A DNA stretch of 64,000 nucleotides from Dehalococcoidia bacterium (GTDB lineage: Bacteria > Chloroflexota > Dehalococcoidia > Lucifugimonadales > UBA2962), in the NCBI GenBank assembly GCA_965250195.1, contig OZ252295.1:1568856-1632855 (forward strand), given 5' to 3'. Both the position numbers and the translations under genes were made by a program. Below, one piece after another: positions 18,601-28,486 of this stretch (its first letter is position 1; every line of letters begins with the position of its first letter). The notes below the pieces were generated by a model, which searched no databases, was not told the origin of the DNA, and saw only the letters and a list, made by a program, of their open reading frames with translations.

Positions 18601-19841
18601 CTCTCGATACCGGGCACGGGAAACCGGTCAGTCAGCTTTACGACTTCCTGTCGCACTGAGTCTTCCACCCCGGCTTCGTCAATGCCCTTTAGGGCGGTGA
18701 CGATCAACTCCCCCACCTTGCGGGTGTCGTCGGCCGAGAACCCACGGGAGGTGATGGCAGGAGTGCCGAGCCGCAGTCCACTGGTCACCCTGGGTTTCTC
18801 CGGGTCGTAGGGAATTGCGTTGCGATTGGTCGTGATGAAAACACGGTCCAGCGCTTCTTCTGCCGCCCTGCCCGTAAGGCCCAAGGGTCGCAGGTCCACC
18901 AGCACCATGTGGTTATCCGTGCCGCCGGAGACGATGCGGGCTCCCCCGGCCCCCAGCACCTCGGCCAGCGCGGCCGCGTTCTCCGTTATGGCGGAGGCGT
19001 AAACCTTGAACTCCGGCGTCAGCGCCTCACCGTAGGCGACGGCCTTTGCCGCGACCGCATGCATGAGCGGCCCGCCCTGCACGTTCGGGAACACCCCCCG
19101 GTCGACGGACTTCGCCAGCGCCTCCGTGCTGAGAATCATGCCGCCCCTGGGACCACGGAGAGTCTTGTGCGTAGTTGACGTGACCACATGCGCGTGGGGA
19201 ACCGGCGAGGGGTGAGCGCCCCCGGCCACCAGCCCGGAGAAATGAGCCATATCGACCATGAGCAGCGCGCCGACGCCGTCCGCGATTTCCCGGAAGCGCG
19301 CGAAATCAAAAAAGCGCGGATAAGCGGTAGCCCCGGTGACCAATATCTTGGGCCGATGCTCCTGGGCCAGCCGAGCCACCTCGTCCATGTCGATCAGCTC
19401 GGAATCCTTATCCACGCCGTAAGAGACGAACTCGTAGTGCTTGCCCGAGAAGTTCACCTTGCTGCCGTGAGTGAGGTGCCCGCCCTGGTCCAGCCGCAGC
19501 CCCATCACCGTGTCCCCCGGCTGGAGTTGAGAGTGATACACGGCCATGTTGGCCTGGGCGCCGGAGTGTGGCTGCACATTAGCGTGGTCGGCCCCGAACA
19601 GCTGCTTGGCCCGGTCTCTCGCCAGGTCCTCGGCCACGTCCACGAACTCACAGCCGCCGTAGTACCGGCGGCCCGGATAGCCCTCTGCGTACTTATTGGT
19701 AAGCACCGAGCCCTGCGCCTCCAGCACCGCCTCGCTGGCGTAATTTTCCGAGGCGATCAGGTTGACATTGCGGCGCTGGCGCATGCGCTCGTCGGCAATC
19801 GCCGATGCGAGTTCAGGGTCGCGGCTTGTCAAAACGGACAA
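18597..19841 (-). CDS. glyA: Serine hydroxymethyltransferase
   Basis: [21 protein letters not shown] and [12 protein letters not shown] motifs. Confidence 0.97.
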   Translation of the reverse strand: MSVLTSRDPELASAIADERMRQRRNVNLIASENYASEAVLEAQGSVLTNKYAEGYPGRRYYGGCEFVDVAEDLARDRAKQLFGADHANVQPHSGAQANMAVYHSQLQPGDTVMGLRLDQGGHLTHGSKVNFSGKHYEFVSYGVDKDSELIDMDEVARLAQEHRPKILVTGATAYPRFFDFARFREIADGVGALLMVDMAHFSGLVAGGAHPSPVPHAHVVTSTTHKTLRGPRGGMILSTEALAKSVDRGVFPNVQGGPLMHAVAAKAVAYGEALTPEFKVYASAITENAAALAEVLGAGGARIVSGGTDNHMVLVDLRPLGLTGRAAEEALDRVFITTNRNAIPYDPEKPRVTSGLRLGTPAITSRGFSADDTRKVGELIVTALKGIDEAGVEDSVRQEVVKLTDRFPVPGIES

Positions 19842-19921
19842 ATCAACTCCTCTGCCGGGGCGTGGCGGAACCCGACTGCGGGCATTGGCGCGAAACCGAC
19901 CGATGCGTTGAGAAAGGCTGT

Positions 19922-20530
19922 TTAAGCGATGAGCTCGGGCTGAATCAGACCGTAGTCGCCGTCACGCCTGCGGTAGACCACGCTGTACTCTTGCGAGTCC
20001 AGGTCATAAAACAGAAAAAAGTCATGGCTAAGCATCTCCATCTCTTCGATAGCATCCTCTACGTGCATCGGAGTCATGGGGAACCGCTTGGTGCGAATCA
20101 CGGCACCGTCCGCTCGCTCCTCATCGGCCTCCGGTTCCGCCTCGATGGGTAGCGCGTCCAGCATCTCTGCGGCCGGGGCCGACCGGGCGGATCTGCGAGC
20201 GACGGAAGTGCGGGAGAACCTCGTCTTATGCCGTCTTATCTGGCGATCCAGGACCGCGGCGACCAGATCGACCGCCTCCCGAATCGTCGCACCGCGCTCC
20301 TGGCCTCTGAGAACCCGGTCGTTGGCGGTGATCGTTAGCTGCGCGATCACGCGATCCTCGGCTCGTTTGGAGGCCGTCTTGGAAATCTCCAGCTCGGCGG
20401 CGGCCATCGGGCGCATGTGGCGTTCGAGCCTGACGAACTTGCGCCGAATATAGTCCTCCGTCGGGCGGTTAATGTCGATGTTTCTGGCGTGAATCTGAAG
20501 GTCCGGTCCGCGCGTCGAGTCCTTGGGCAT
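19922..20530 (-). CDS. hpf: Long ribosome hibernation promoting factor (HPF/RaiA)
   Basis: N-terminal S30AE domain; C-terminal [16 protein letters not shown]...[12 protein letters not shown]. Confidence 0.92.
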   Translation of the reverse strand: MPKDSTRGPDLQIHARNIDINRPTEDYIRRKFVRLERHMRPMAAAELEISKTASKRAEDRVIAQLTITANDRVLRGQERGATIREAVDLVAAVLDRQIRRHKTRFSRTSVARRSARSAPAAEMLDALPIEAEPEADEERADGAVIRTKRFPMTPMHVEDAIEEMEMLSHDFFLFYDLDSQEYSVVYRRRDGDYGLIQPELIA

Positions 20531-20669
20531 GGCAACTTCATTCTATGGCCGCTTGCCGGCGGGTACAAGTTTAACGAATGCCGTGTCCAAGGGGCTCGTC
20601 GGCCCCGGGCGTCTTGTTGTTGGGGTGGTGCTGTGGTAGCTTGGCTCGCGGTTCGTAGGGAGGATCGCG

Positions 20670-21689
20670 ATAGTAAATCTGACAATTACAGAGGCGGAAC
20701 CCGGCGCACAAGACCCGTTCGCGCTCGACGCGGACGCTCGCGAGGCTCTGGTGGCGCGGATTGCCTGCCCCACCGTGTTTCTCGCGCCGTGGTGGATATC
20801 GGCCTGGCACGACGTATTCGGAAGCGGGACACGACCCAGAGTCATCGAGATACGAGACGGCGAAGATCTCGTCGGTGTGGTGCCCCTCATCCAGCGTGGC
20901 GACTCGCTCGTATTAGCTGGCGATCCCGACCTGTTCGATTACCAGGACCTCGTGCTCCTAAAAGGGCGGGAGCCGGAGTTGGCCGGCGCCCTGCTCGACT
21001 ACCTCTCTGGCGCCGACGGGCAGGCGCAGGGCTGGGCCACGTTGGACCTCCCCTCCGTACCCGCGGACTCAGCCACGGTTGGTGCCATCTCCGGCGCCGC
21101 CGAAAGCCGGGGCTACAGTGTCGAGCGCAGCGAAGCGGCGATGGCGCCCGTGGCGGAACTCCCGGGTAGCTGGGACGAGTTTCTCGCGGGCCTCGGCAAA
21201 AAACACAGGCACGAGTTGCGGCGCAAGATACGCAAGCTGGAGGCGGCGGGAGACGCTCGCCAGGTCACGATCACCGAAGAAAAGGGCCTGGAACAAGAAG
21301 TCGAAGATTTCCTGCGACTAATGAGCAGTACCAACGAAGACAAGGCCGCTTTCCTGACACCTGAGCGCCGCCGATTCTTTCACCTTCTCGCTGCCCAGGC
21401 TGCGAGCAGCGGAGCGCTCAGGCTCTCTTTCCTGGAGCTGGACGAAGAGCGGTTGGCCGCCTGCCTTGTATTCGATTATGCAGGCGTTTTCATGCTATAC
21501 AATAGTGGTTACGACCCGGCCCGGTCCGACCTCAGCGTCGGCCTCATCAACAAGGCATTCGCTATCAGGCAAGCCATCGAGTTGGGGAGGCGCCGGTTCG
21601 ATTTCCTCAAGGGTGCCGAACGTTACAAGTACGCTCTGGGTGGCCAGGACAGGTCCATCTACCGGGTCATCTTGACCCGGTCCACATGA
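20670..21689 (+). CDS. CelD/BcsL-like GNAT acyltransferase (Acetyltransf_6); probable ATA start (first canonical GTG at 20751)
   Basis: TVFLAPWW, LPGSWDEFL, KKHRHELRRK, YNSGYDP and FDFLKGAERYK motifs; GGGAGG SD 6 nt before an in-frame ATA. Confidence 0.8.
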   Translation: MVNLTITEAEPGAQDPFALDADAREALVARIACPTVFLAPWWISAWHDVFGSGTRPRVIEIRDGEDLVGVVPLIQRGDSLVLAGDPDLFDYQDLVLLKGREPELAGALLDYLSGADGQAQGWATLDLPSVPADSATVGAISGAAESRGYSVERSEAAMAPVAELPGSWDEFLAGLGKKHRHELRRKIRKLEAAGDARQVTITEEKGLEQEVEDFLRLMSSTNEDKAAFLTPERRRFFHLLAAQAASSGALRLSFLELDEERLAACLVFDYAGVFMLYNSGYDPARSDLSVGLINKAFAIRQAIELGRRRFDFLKGAERYKYALGGQDRSIYRVILTRST

Positions 21690-22966
21690 AAAGCATTGCC
21701 CTTTTAAGTCTGCACGGCTGTCCGGTCGCCCGGTTGGGCGAGCGCGACACCGGCGGAATGAACGTCTACCTGTTGCAGGTTGCGCGTGAACTGGGTCGCG
21801 CGGGAATCCGGGTGGATGTATTCACTCGCTTCCACGACCCGGCGGACCCGCAGGTCATTGCACTGGGTCAGAACGCTCGCGTCATCCACATCACCGCGGG
21901 TGGGTTCGAGGAGCGCAAAGAGAACCTCTACGGCGTCATCCCCGAGTTTTTAACGAATCTGGAAGCTTTTCAGCGTGGCGACGGCGTCAGCTACGACCTC
22001 GTCCACTCTCACTACTGGCTGTCAGGCAGGGCGGGAATCGAGCTGTCACGCAAGTGGGGCGTTCCGCATGTCGCCACATTCCACACGCTGGCGCGGCTAA
22101 AGATGCAGGCGAGAGTGGGGGAGAACGAATCCTCCCTCAGGGTCGAGACGGAGGGCGCGGTAATGGAATCGGTCGACGGCGTAGTCGTCTCAACCGATGC
22201 CGAAGCCACCGAGATATCCCGGCTATACGATGTCTCGCCTTCCCGCGTGGAGGTCATCGCACCGGGGGTCGATCTTGACCTGTTCAAGCCGACGGACATG
22301 CAGGCGTCCAGAAACTCTTTGGGCGTGACTGAAGACAACGTCGTCCTCTACGTAGGTCGGCTGGAGCCGCTCAAGGGCGTGGACATACTGGTTAATGCCG
22401 TCGCCGACCTGGAAATGGTCGGGAGCACCCGGCTGCTCATCGTCGGGGGCGACCCCGTGACTGGCGGCTCAGGTGATAACGGCTCACTGGCGGGGCAAAT
22501 GGGCACCGTCGCCGGTCGACTGGGCCGGTTGGCCGGTTCGCTGGGAATCGCCGAGAAAGTAACATTCACCGGACCGGTCCCCCAGTCCGATCTGCCCACC
22601 TACTACGGGGCGGCCGACGTGCTCGTATTGCCGTCCCATTACGAAAGTTTCGGCCTCGTCGCCCTGGAAGCCATGGCCTGCGGGACGCCCGTGGTCGTGT
22701 CCCGGGTTGGGGGCCTGAAGACATTCGTGAGGAACGGGGAGAGCGGCTACCTGATACCGTGGCGTTGCCCCGATCCCTTCTCCCAGCAAATCGAGGTCAT
22801 GTTGGCCAACCCGTCTCTGCGCAGAGCCATGGGGTCGGCGGCGCTGGAGACGGCGCGACGGATGGGGTGGGGCGGCGTGTCGTCGCGGCTCATCGATTTT
22901 TACGAAAAATTGATCGATGGCCCCGATACTTTATCCAACCCCTACGTAGGTGCGGCTCCAGCGTGA
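21686..22966 (+). CDS. mshA: GT4 glycosyltransferase, MshA-like (D-inositol-3-phosphate glycosyltransferase)
   Basis: HGCP...GERDTGGMNVY, HSHYWLSG, HTL and ESFGLVALEAMACG match the MshA pattern; orthology not tested. Confidence 0.7.
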   Translation: MKSIALLSLHGCPVARLGERDTGGMNVYLLQVARELGRAGIRVDVFTRFHDPADPQVIALGQNARVIHITAGGFEERKENLYGVIPEFLTNLEAFQRGDGVSYDLVHSHYWLSGRAGIELSRKWGVPHVATFHTLARLKMQARVGENESSLRVETEGAVMESVDGVVVSTDAEATEISRLYDVSPSRVEVIAPGVDLDLFKPTDMQASRNSLGVTEDNVVLYVGRLEPLKGVDILVNAVADLEMVGSTRLLIVGGDPVTGGSGDNGSLAGQMGTVAGRLGRLAGSLGIAEKVTFTGPVPQSDLPTYYGAADVLVLPSHYESFGLVALEAMACGTPVVVSRVGGLKTFVRNGESGYLIPWRCPDPFSQQIEVMLANPSLRRAMGSAALETARRMGWGGVSSRLIDFYEKLIDGPDTLSNPYVGAAPA

Positions 22967-22969
22967 CCA

Positions 22970-23671
22970 ATGGACGAATCCAAGCCACCCCCGCCGAGAG
23001 ACCCCCCCCAGCCTGAGGGTGCGCCGGTCAGGGTCAACTTCCTGACCAGGGCCGAGCGCCATCTCTGGCGAAAAATCTTTTCCGGCTTTCTGGTGGTCGT
23101 GCCATTGGCCGTCACCTTCATAATTGTTAGATTCGTCGTCGTGTTCTTGGACGACATCCTCCGGCCATTCCTCCAAGACACCTACCTCGACTTCCCCGGC
23201 ATCGGCCTGGCCATACTGCTTATCGGCCTGTACCTCGTCGGTGCGATAGTCTCGGCCAGGCTGGGCCGCAAAGCCTTCGACGTCCAGGGCGCGGTGCTGA
23301 CGAGAGTTCCCGTCGTGAACTCGATCTACATGCTCGCCAGGCAGGCCACCGACGCTCTCTCCACTCCCATGGAGCGCGAGATCAACCGGGTGGTTTTCAT
23401 CGAGTGGCCCCGTCCGGGCTTCATGGCTCTGGGGTTCGTCACCGGACAGACCACCGCATTTGAAGAGGGGGGATCGCCCAGGCTAATCGTCTACGTTCCC
23501 ACCGTTCCCAACCCCACCTCCGGCAACCTCGCATTCGTCGCCGAAGAGGACGTCATCGACACCGACATCACCGTCGAAGAAGCGATGAAGACCGTCTTCT
23601 CTGGTGGAATCGTGCCCCCCGATATCAGGCAGAGGGCTGACATCGGTTCGAAGACCAACGACGGCGCCTAG
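22970..23671 (+). CDS. DUF502 membrane protein
   Basis: SGFLVVVPLAVT, RVPVVNSIY and VYVPTVPNPTSG motifs. Confidence 0.85.
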   Translation: MDESKPPPPRDPPQPEGAPVRVNFLTRAERHLWRKIFSGFLVVVPLAVTFIIVRFVVVFLDDILRPFLQDTYLDFPGIGLAILLIGLYLVGAIVSARLGRKAFDVQGAVLTRVPVVNSIYMLARQATDALSTPMEREINRVVFIEWPRPGFMALGFVTGQTTAFEEGGSPRLIVYVPTVPNPTSGNLAFVAEEDVIDTDITVEEAMKTVFSGGIVPPDIRQRADIGSKTNDGA

Positions 23672-23691
23672 GTCTGGGTTCGGGGGCGCAA

Positions 23692-24612
23692 TTAGCTGGA
23701 AAGATTCAGCTCGTACCAGACCGTCTCTTCCACCAGGTCGAACCCGAGCGAAAGGTAAAGCTCCCTGGCGGGTTTATTGGAGTGATCGACCTCCAATTTT
23801 ACGGTCCGGGCACCCTTCGTTTCCAGGTACGACATCCCGGCTGCGACGATAATCCGGCCCAGGCCTCTGCCCCGCCGGTCCGGGTGAACCCCGGTCATGC
23901 CGATGTAGCCGGTAGGTGTCTCGGACCGTTTTGGTCGCTGGGTCCAGTTGTAGCCGCACGGCTTGCCATCGGCCTCCAGCATGAGAATGCCGTCAGACTC
24001 CCAGGGCCGCATTCTGACCCTGGCGGCAATCTCTGCGACCGTGTTGGGGGCGAAGCCCCAGCTTCCGCTGAAGGCCGCGTTTTGCAAATCGGTCAGGGTC
24101 TGCTCGTCGCCGCCGAGTGCGAACGGCCTCATGGAATAGCCAGGGGGCAGCGGCGGGACCGCGACTCCGTCCACGTCGGAGGCCAGGCGCCAGTAACGCC
24201 TGGCCGCGTAAAAGCCCGCGTCCTCAAGCAAAAATCGACCCCCCCTGCTGAGCACCGGAACCTGGATGTGCAGCACCGAGGCGCCTAGCTCCCGCACACG
24301 CTCGATCGCCGTGTCCAGTAGCTGGCGCCCAACGCCGCGCCTGCGGTGCCGGGGCAGAACGGCAAGTTCCGCCACGGCCCGGCTTATCGAGGGCTCGTGA
24401 GAAATCCGGGCCATCCCGGCCGCTTCGTCACCGACCTCGGCGATAAAGCAGTCGGTCTCGGCACTCAGGTTGGGTTGGGAGAGGAACAGGTGTTTGAAAT
24501 CCGTATCGACAGCCTCGTCGCCCCCGGTCGTACCGGAAAGTTCATTGACCAGGCTCGTCCAAACCGGAAGGTCCGGCCAGGCGAAATCGCGGATTGAAGC
24601 GTTCTGTGGCAC
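23692..24612 (-). CDS. Tandem-GNAT acetyltransferase, MshD (mycothiol synthase)-like
   Basis: Two GNAT domains; the C-domain NAAF...R..PW...GYNWT...GYIGMTGVHP..RGRGLG...LEVD..N.PA..LY..LGF resembles MshD. Confidence 0.7.
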   Translation of the reverse strand: MPQNASIRDFAWPDLPVWTSLVNELSGTTGGDEAVDTDFKHLFLSQPNLSAETDCFIAEVGDEAAGMARISHEPSISRAVAELAVLPRHRRRGVGRQLLDTAIERVRELGASVLHIQVPVLSRGGRFLLEDAGFYAARRYWRLASDVDGVAVPPLPPGYSMRPFALGGDEQTLTDLQNAAFSGSWGFAPNTVAEIAARVRMRPWESDGILMLEADGKPCGYNWTQRPKRSETPTGYIGMTGVHPDRRGRGLGRIIVAAGMSYLETKGARTVKLEVDHSNKPARELYLSLGFDLVEETVWYELNLSS

Positions 24613-24798
24613 CCGGTCTAAGTTCCTAAATATGGGTTGAGGTCGAAAGACATGCGGTAAGGGGTGCTTCGAAGCTCAGGGAGTTTAGCAGAGCGGGGTG
24701 AAGGCAACAATCGATCCGACGAGACATTTGGGCGAGAATTCAGCGGAGTTGCTCAGAGCGACTCACCGGGCCTACCATTCCAACCTGGGACGCACCAA

Positions 24799-25578
24799 AT
24801 GTACGATCTCCACGCCCACATTCTCCCGGCCCTGGACGATGGGGCCACGTCCGAAAATGTAACCCTGGAAATGGCGGCCGTGGCGGCCCGGTCAGGGATC
24901 AGAGTCATGGTTGCCACGCCCCACATGAAGGACGTCAACGAGGGCTCGTCGCCCGACGCCGCGGCGCGGTTGTGCTCAGAGATGGCCGGCAAGATAAGGG
25001 ACAGAGGTACCGACCTGGAACTGGTCATGGGTATGGAAACCCACGTCGTCCCCGAGATGCCCGAGATGCTTAAGGACGGCCGCGCCCTGCCCATAAACGG
25101 AACCAAATATGCGCTCGTCGAAATGCCGTTCTTCGGGCACCCCAACTATCTAGAGGAAACGCTGTTCGGCGTTCAGCTCCTCGGAATAGTCCCGGTCCTT
25201 GCCCACCCCGAGCGTATCGAATTGGTGCAGCAAAGGCCCGAGATACTGCGGGACTTCGTGGAAAGGGGCATGCTGTCCCAGATCACGGCGGGCAGTCTGC
25301 TCGGCCACTTTGGTGCAAACGTTCGACGGTTCACTGAAGACCTCGTCCGCAACGAGTTGGCCCACGTGATAGCTTCAGACTGCCACTTCCCGGACGGCCC
25401 ACGGTTGCCGGGCCTTACGAAGGGCAATGAGGCGGCGGCGAGACTTGTGGGAAAAGACAGAGCGGCCCAGATGGTCGATGAGGTCCCCCGGGCCATAGTC
25501 GAAGGGCGCGCAGTGACGGTGAAAGAGGCCGGAACGATTCGGCCAATGCGAAAACGCGGCTGGCCGCGTTGGTTCTGA
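24799..25578 (+). CDS. PHP-family Mn-dependent protein-tyrosine phosphatase (CpsB/YwqE-like)
   Basis: DLHAHILP.LDDG, ATPH, AHPER and ASDCH motifs. Confidence 0.88.
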   Translation: MYDLHAHILPALDDGATSENVTLEMAAVAARSGIRVMVATPHMKDVNEGSSPDAAARLCSEMAGKIRDRGTDLELVMGMETHVVPEMPEMLKDGRALPINGTKYALVEMPFFGHPNYLEETLFGVQLLGIVPVLAHPERIELVQQRPEILRDFVERGMLSQITAGSLLGHFGANVRRFTEDLVRNELAHVIASDCHFPDGPRLPGLTKGNEAAARLVGKDRAAQMVDEVPRAIVEGRAVTVKEAGTIRPMRKRGWPRWF

Positions 25579-25593
25579 GGTCTTTAAGGCCGA

Positions 25594-26001
25594 TCAGTCA
25601 TCGAAAAACGTGATCGTCTTATCGGCGGTAATCGTAATAAGGATGAAAGTTTCCTCCGCCTGAGTCTTTACCGCATACTCATGGCCCTTTTCCTTGCCCA
25701 TGTAGTGGTAGGCAAGTTTGAACAAGAGCGGGTCGGTGTCAACGTCCGAAACCGAGGATGTGCCTTGTACCAGCACATAAGAATAGGGCGGCAACCGGGA
25801 GGCGATCGACATCGCTATCCGGGCGTCTGAGGTCATGTTCCGCACCTTCACCGTAGTGGGTTCAGCCAGCACGAAATAAGACTCCCCGTCCCACGAGTAC
25901 CACTCCGGTGCGACATGAGGCGCCCCGTCCGGCATCAGCGTAACGAGGTCCGCTAAGTGGGGCTCTGCCAAAAACGTGGCTATCTTCTTTTGATCGTCCA
26001 T
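25594..26001 (-). CDS. Pyridoxamine 5'-phosphate oxidase-like (PPOX class, probably F420/FMN-binding) protein
   Basis: LVTLMPDGAPHVAP.W...KVRN...D.R pattern; GAGGA SD before ATG 26001. Confidence 0.75.
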   Translation of the reverse strand: MDDQKKIATFLAEPHLADLVTLMPDGAPHVAPEWYSWDGESYFVLAEPTTVKVRNMTSDARIAMSIASRLPPYSYVLVQGTSSVSDVDTDPLLFKLAYHYMGKEKGHEYAVKTQAEETFILITITADKTITFFDD

Positions 26002-26020
26002 TTGTGTCCTCGGTTCGCGC

Positions 26021-26788
26021 TTAAAACAGGTTCGGTTGATTGATGTCTGTCTGCTCCGCTCCGACGTCTTCGGTGCTGTCGGTTGGTCTTTCGTCAACCT
26101 CCGGGGTTATGCTCCGGATCACAGAGTCTGCGAGTGCCCTTATGTCCCGCGCAACCTCATCTTCCGGCTGCGTCCCGTCCACCACTCGCCACCGTTCCGG
26201 CTCCTCTTTCGCCAACTCCACGTAACCCTGGTGGACGCGTTCATGGAAAGCCGTACTCTCCTCCTCGAATCGGCGCATGTTTCCCGGCTCGTCGCGACGA
26301 TCGGCCGTGACCCCGGATGCTTCGTCGGGGGCGGACGCCAGGTCGACGCGTCTGAGTGCGACTGAGGGAGGCACATCGATGAATAGAGTTAGATCGGGTA
26401 CCGCCCCGTCGAGAGCGATGGCATTCAGCCCATTGACCATCCCAATTTCCAGACCACGGCCGTAACTCTGATAAGCGACCGTTGAGTCGATGTAACGATC
26501 GCAAATGACTACCGCGTCGGGTCGTAAGAGGGCCGGCTTTATTACCTCGGCCACGAGTTGAGCCCGGGCCGCGACGAACAGCAGGAGCTCGGAGACCGGC
26601 GAAAGTGAATCGGTGTCAGTTTTTTCACTCTTGAGCCATTTACGCAGATAATTCCCGAGACTCGTGGAGCCTGGCTCATGGACCCCGACCACGTCGTGGC
26701 CTTCATCCGTGAGGCGTTCATTCAGCAGCGCGGCCTGGGTTGACTTACCTGAGCCGTCGCCGCCCTCGAAGGTGATCAGGACCGACAC
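26021..26788 (-). CDS. tmk: Thymidylate kinase
   Basis: FEGGDGSGKSTQ and CDRYIDSTVAYQ motifs. Confidence 0.95.
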   Translation of the reverse strand: MSVLITFEGGDGSGKSTQAALLNERLTDEGHDVVGVHEPGSTSLGNYLRKWLKSEKTDTDSLSPVSELLLFVAARAQLVAEVIKPALLRPDAVVICDRYIDSTVAYQSYGRGLEIGMVNGLNAIALDGAVPDLTLFIDVPPSVALRRVDLASAPDEASGVTADRRDEPGNMRRFEEESTAFHERVHQGYVELAKEEPERWRVVDGTQPEDEVARDIRALADSVIRSITPEVDERPTDSTEDVGAEQTDINQPNLF

Positions 26789-26815
26789 GTCTGGCTCCTG
26801 CGCCCCGAAAGCCGG

Positions 26816-28486
26816 TTAACGATAGATGACCACCTTGCGCCAGGGATCTCGCCCGGTGCTGGTGGACGATAGCCCGTACTGGTCGGCGATGGCGTGCTGT
26901 AAGTGGCGGACGTAGGCGCCCTGAGGCGTAAGCTCAATTTCGTCCCGGTCTCCGGTTTTGGCCTTTTCTATCGCCTGCTCGGCCTCCGACAGCGCACTGA
27001 CCACGGCGGTACTCTCTTGGGACTGGCCGTTTTGACGGGCGATGGCCTTGATGAACTGTTCGATTTGCGACAGGGTGTTGCGGCGCAGGACGTAGACCGG
27101 CTTGCCTTGCTGCTCGGCCGAGCGAAGGGCGGCTGTGCGCCGCCTGTAGTAGTTCTTCGTCGTGAGCAGCAGGTCGGCAGCCTTGATGTCGTTGACCACG
27201 TCGATCGCCAGTCCGGACGCCGCCACCACGGATTGCAGTCTGCCTTTGTTCACACCGTAAGGCATTATTCGGGTAGTTCTTTGAGTAACCGAAGGGACGG
27301 TCTCCGGGTCGGGGTCCGGTCCCGAGTCGATTTCTTGCCCGTCCGTATCTCGTGAAAGCCCGTTCGTCAACAGCCCAGCCCCGGGAGCGTCAAGGAGAGA
27401 CGGCCCGCGCCGTTGTTGGGTTCTGCTGTGTGTGGGCGCTGACGTAGTCGGCCGGGTGCGGGCCACGTTGCCTTCCGTATCCAGGGTCCGAATCTCCGGT
27501 GCAGGGGGCGCGCCGCGCAGCATCCGATCGACCACAGAGGCAACGTCGTCGTGGACCGCGACGGTGGTCCAGTCCTGGATTTCTACAAGGACGTCAAACG
27601 TAGAGGGCGATCGCCGCTCCAACACCGTTTTTTGCGTGCGCCGTCGGCGGGCTTCGTCATCCCCCAGCGTGACAGTGTGTATGCCGCCGATCAGGTCGGA
27701 GAGCGTGGGGTTGCGGATCAAATTTTCCAGCTCGTTGCCGTGAGCTGTGGCCACCAGCTGGACGCCCCTTTCGGCAATGGTGCGGGCGGCGTCAGCTTCC
27801 AACTCGGTGCCGATCTCGTCGATGACGATGACCTCCGGCATGTGGTTCTCGACGGCCTCGATCATCACCGCATGCTGATGGGCGGGGCTGCCCACCTGCA
27901 TGCGCCGTGCCGCGCCGATGCTGGGGTGAGGGATGTCGCCGTCTCCGGCGATCTCGTTAGAGGTGTCTACGATGATCACTCGTTTACTTGCTGAATCTGC
28001 CAGGACCCGCGCCACCTCCCGGAGCATGGTTGTCTTGCCCACTCCGGGACGGCCCAGCAAGAGCGTGCTCTTTCCGGTCAGGACCAGGTCTTCGATGACT
28101 CTGATGGTGCCGAATATGGCCCTGCCAACTCTGAGGGTCAGGCCCACTACTCGGCCGCTCCGGTTACGAATGGCGGAGATGCGGTGGAGGGTCCTTTCGA
28201 TACCTGCTCTATTGTCCTCGCCGAAGTCCCCGATACGGTCGGTTACGTGGGCGATGTCGGCTTCGGTCACCTCTCGCTCGCCCAGTGCTGAGACGTCATC
28301 AATGAACCGCGCCTCCGGGGTGCGGCCCAGGTCCATCACGACCTCCAGCAGGCCCGAGAGGTCGGCTCTGGCCGCCAGGGCGTCCTGGATGCGGTCCGGT
28401 AGCACCGCCACCAGCACTTGGAGGTCCGAGGCGTCTCTGCTATCCATTTCTTCTGGCACCATTTCTGGCGGCTTAGGGAGAGACAA
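26816..28486 (-). CDS. SpoIIIAA/Ycf45-like AAA ATPase with C-terminal R3H domain (start may be 28462 or 28447)
   Basis: GRPGVGKTT, VDTSNEIAGDG, NHMPEVIVIDEIG and ATAHG motifs; terminal RHLQH (RxxxH). Confidence 0.88.
   Translation of the reverse strand: MSLPKPPEMVPEEMDSRDASDLQVLVAVLPDRIQDALAARADLSGLLEVVMDLGRTPEARFIDDVSALGEREVTEADIAHVTDRIGDFGEDNRAGIERTLHRISAIRNRSGRVVGLTLRVGRAIFGTIRVIEDLVLTGKSTLLLGRPGVGKTTMLREVARVLADSASKRVIIVDTSNEIAGDGDIPHPSIGAARRMQVGSPAHQHAVMIEAVENHMPEVIVIDEIGTELEADAARTIAERGVQLVATAHGNELENLIRNPTLSDLIGGIHTVTLGDDEARRRRTQKTVLERRSPSTFDVLVEIQDWTTVAVHDDVASVVDRMLRGAPPAPEIRTLDTEGNVARTRPTTSAPTHSRTQQRRGPSLLDAPGAGLLTNGLSRDTDGQEIDSGPDPDPETVPSVTQRTTRIMPYGVNKGRLQSVVAASGLAIDVVNDIKAADLLLTTKNYYRRRTAALRSAEQQGKPVYVLRRNTLSQIEQFIKAIARQNGQSQESTAVVSALSEAEQAIEKAKTGDRDEIELTPQGAYVRHLQHAIADQYGLSSTSTGRDPWRKVVIYR

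Noticed and set aside
19842..19921. ZMP/ZTP or glycine riboswitch upstream of glyA
   Set aside because: The spacer is only 80 nt and I could not match the consensus elements
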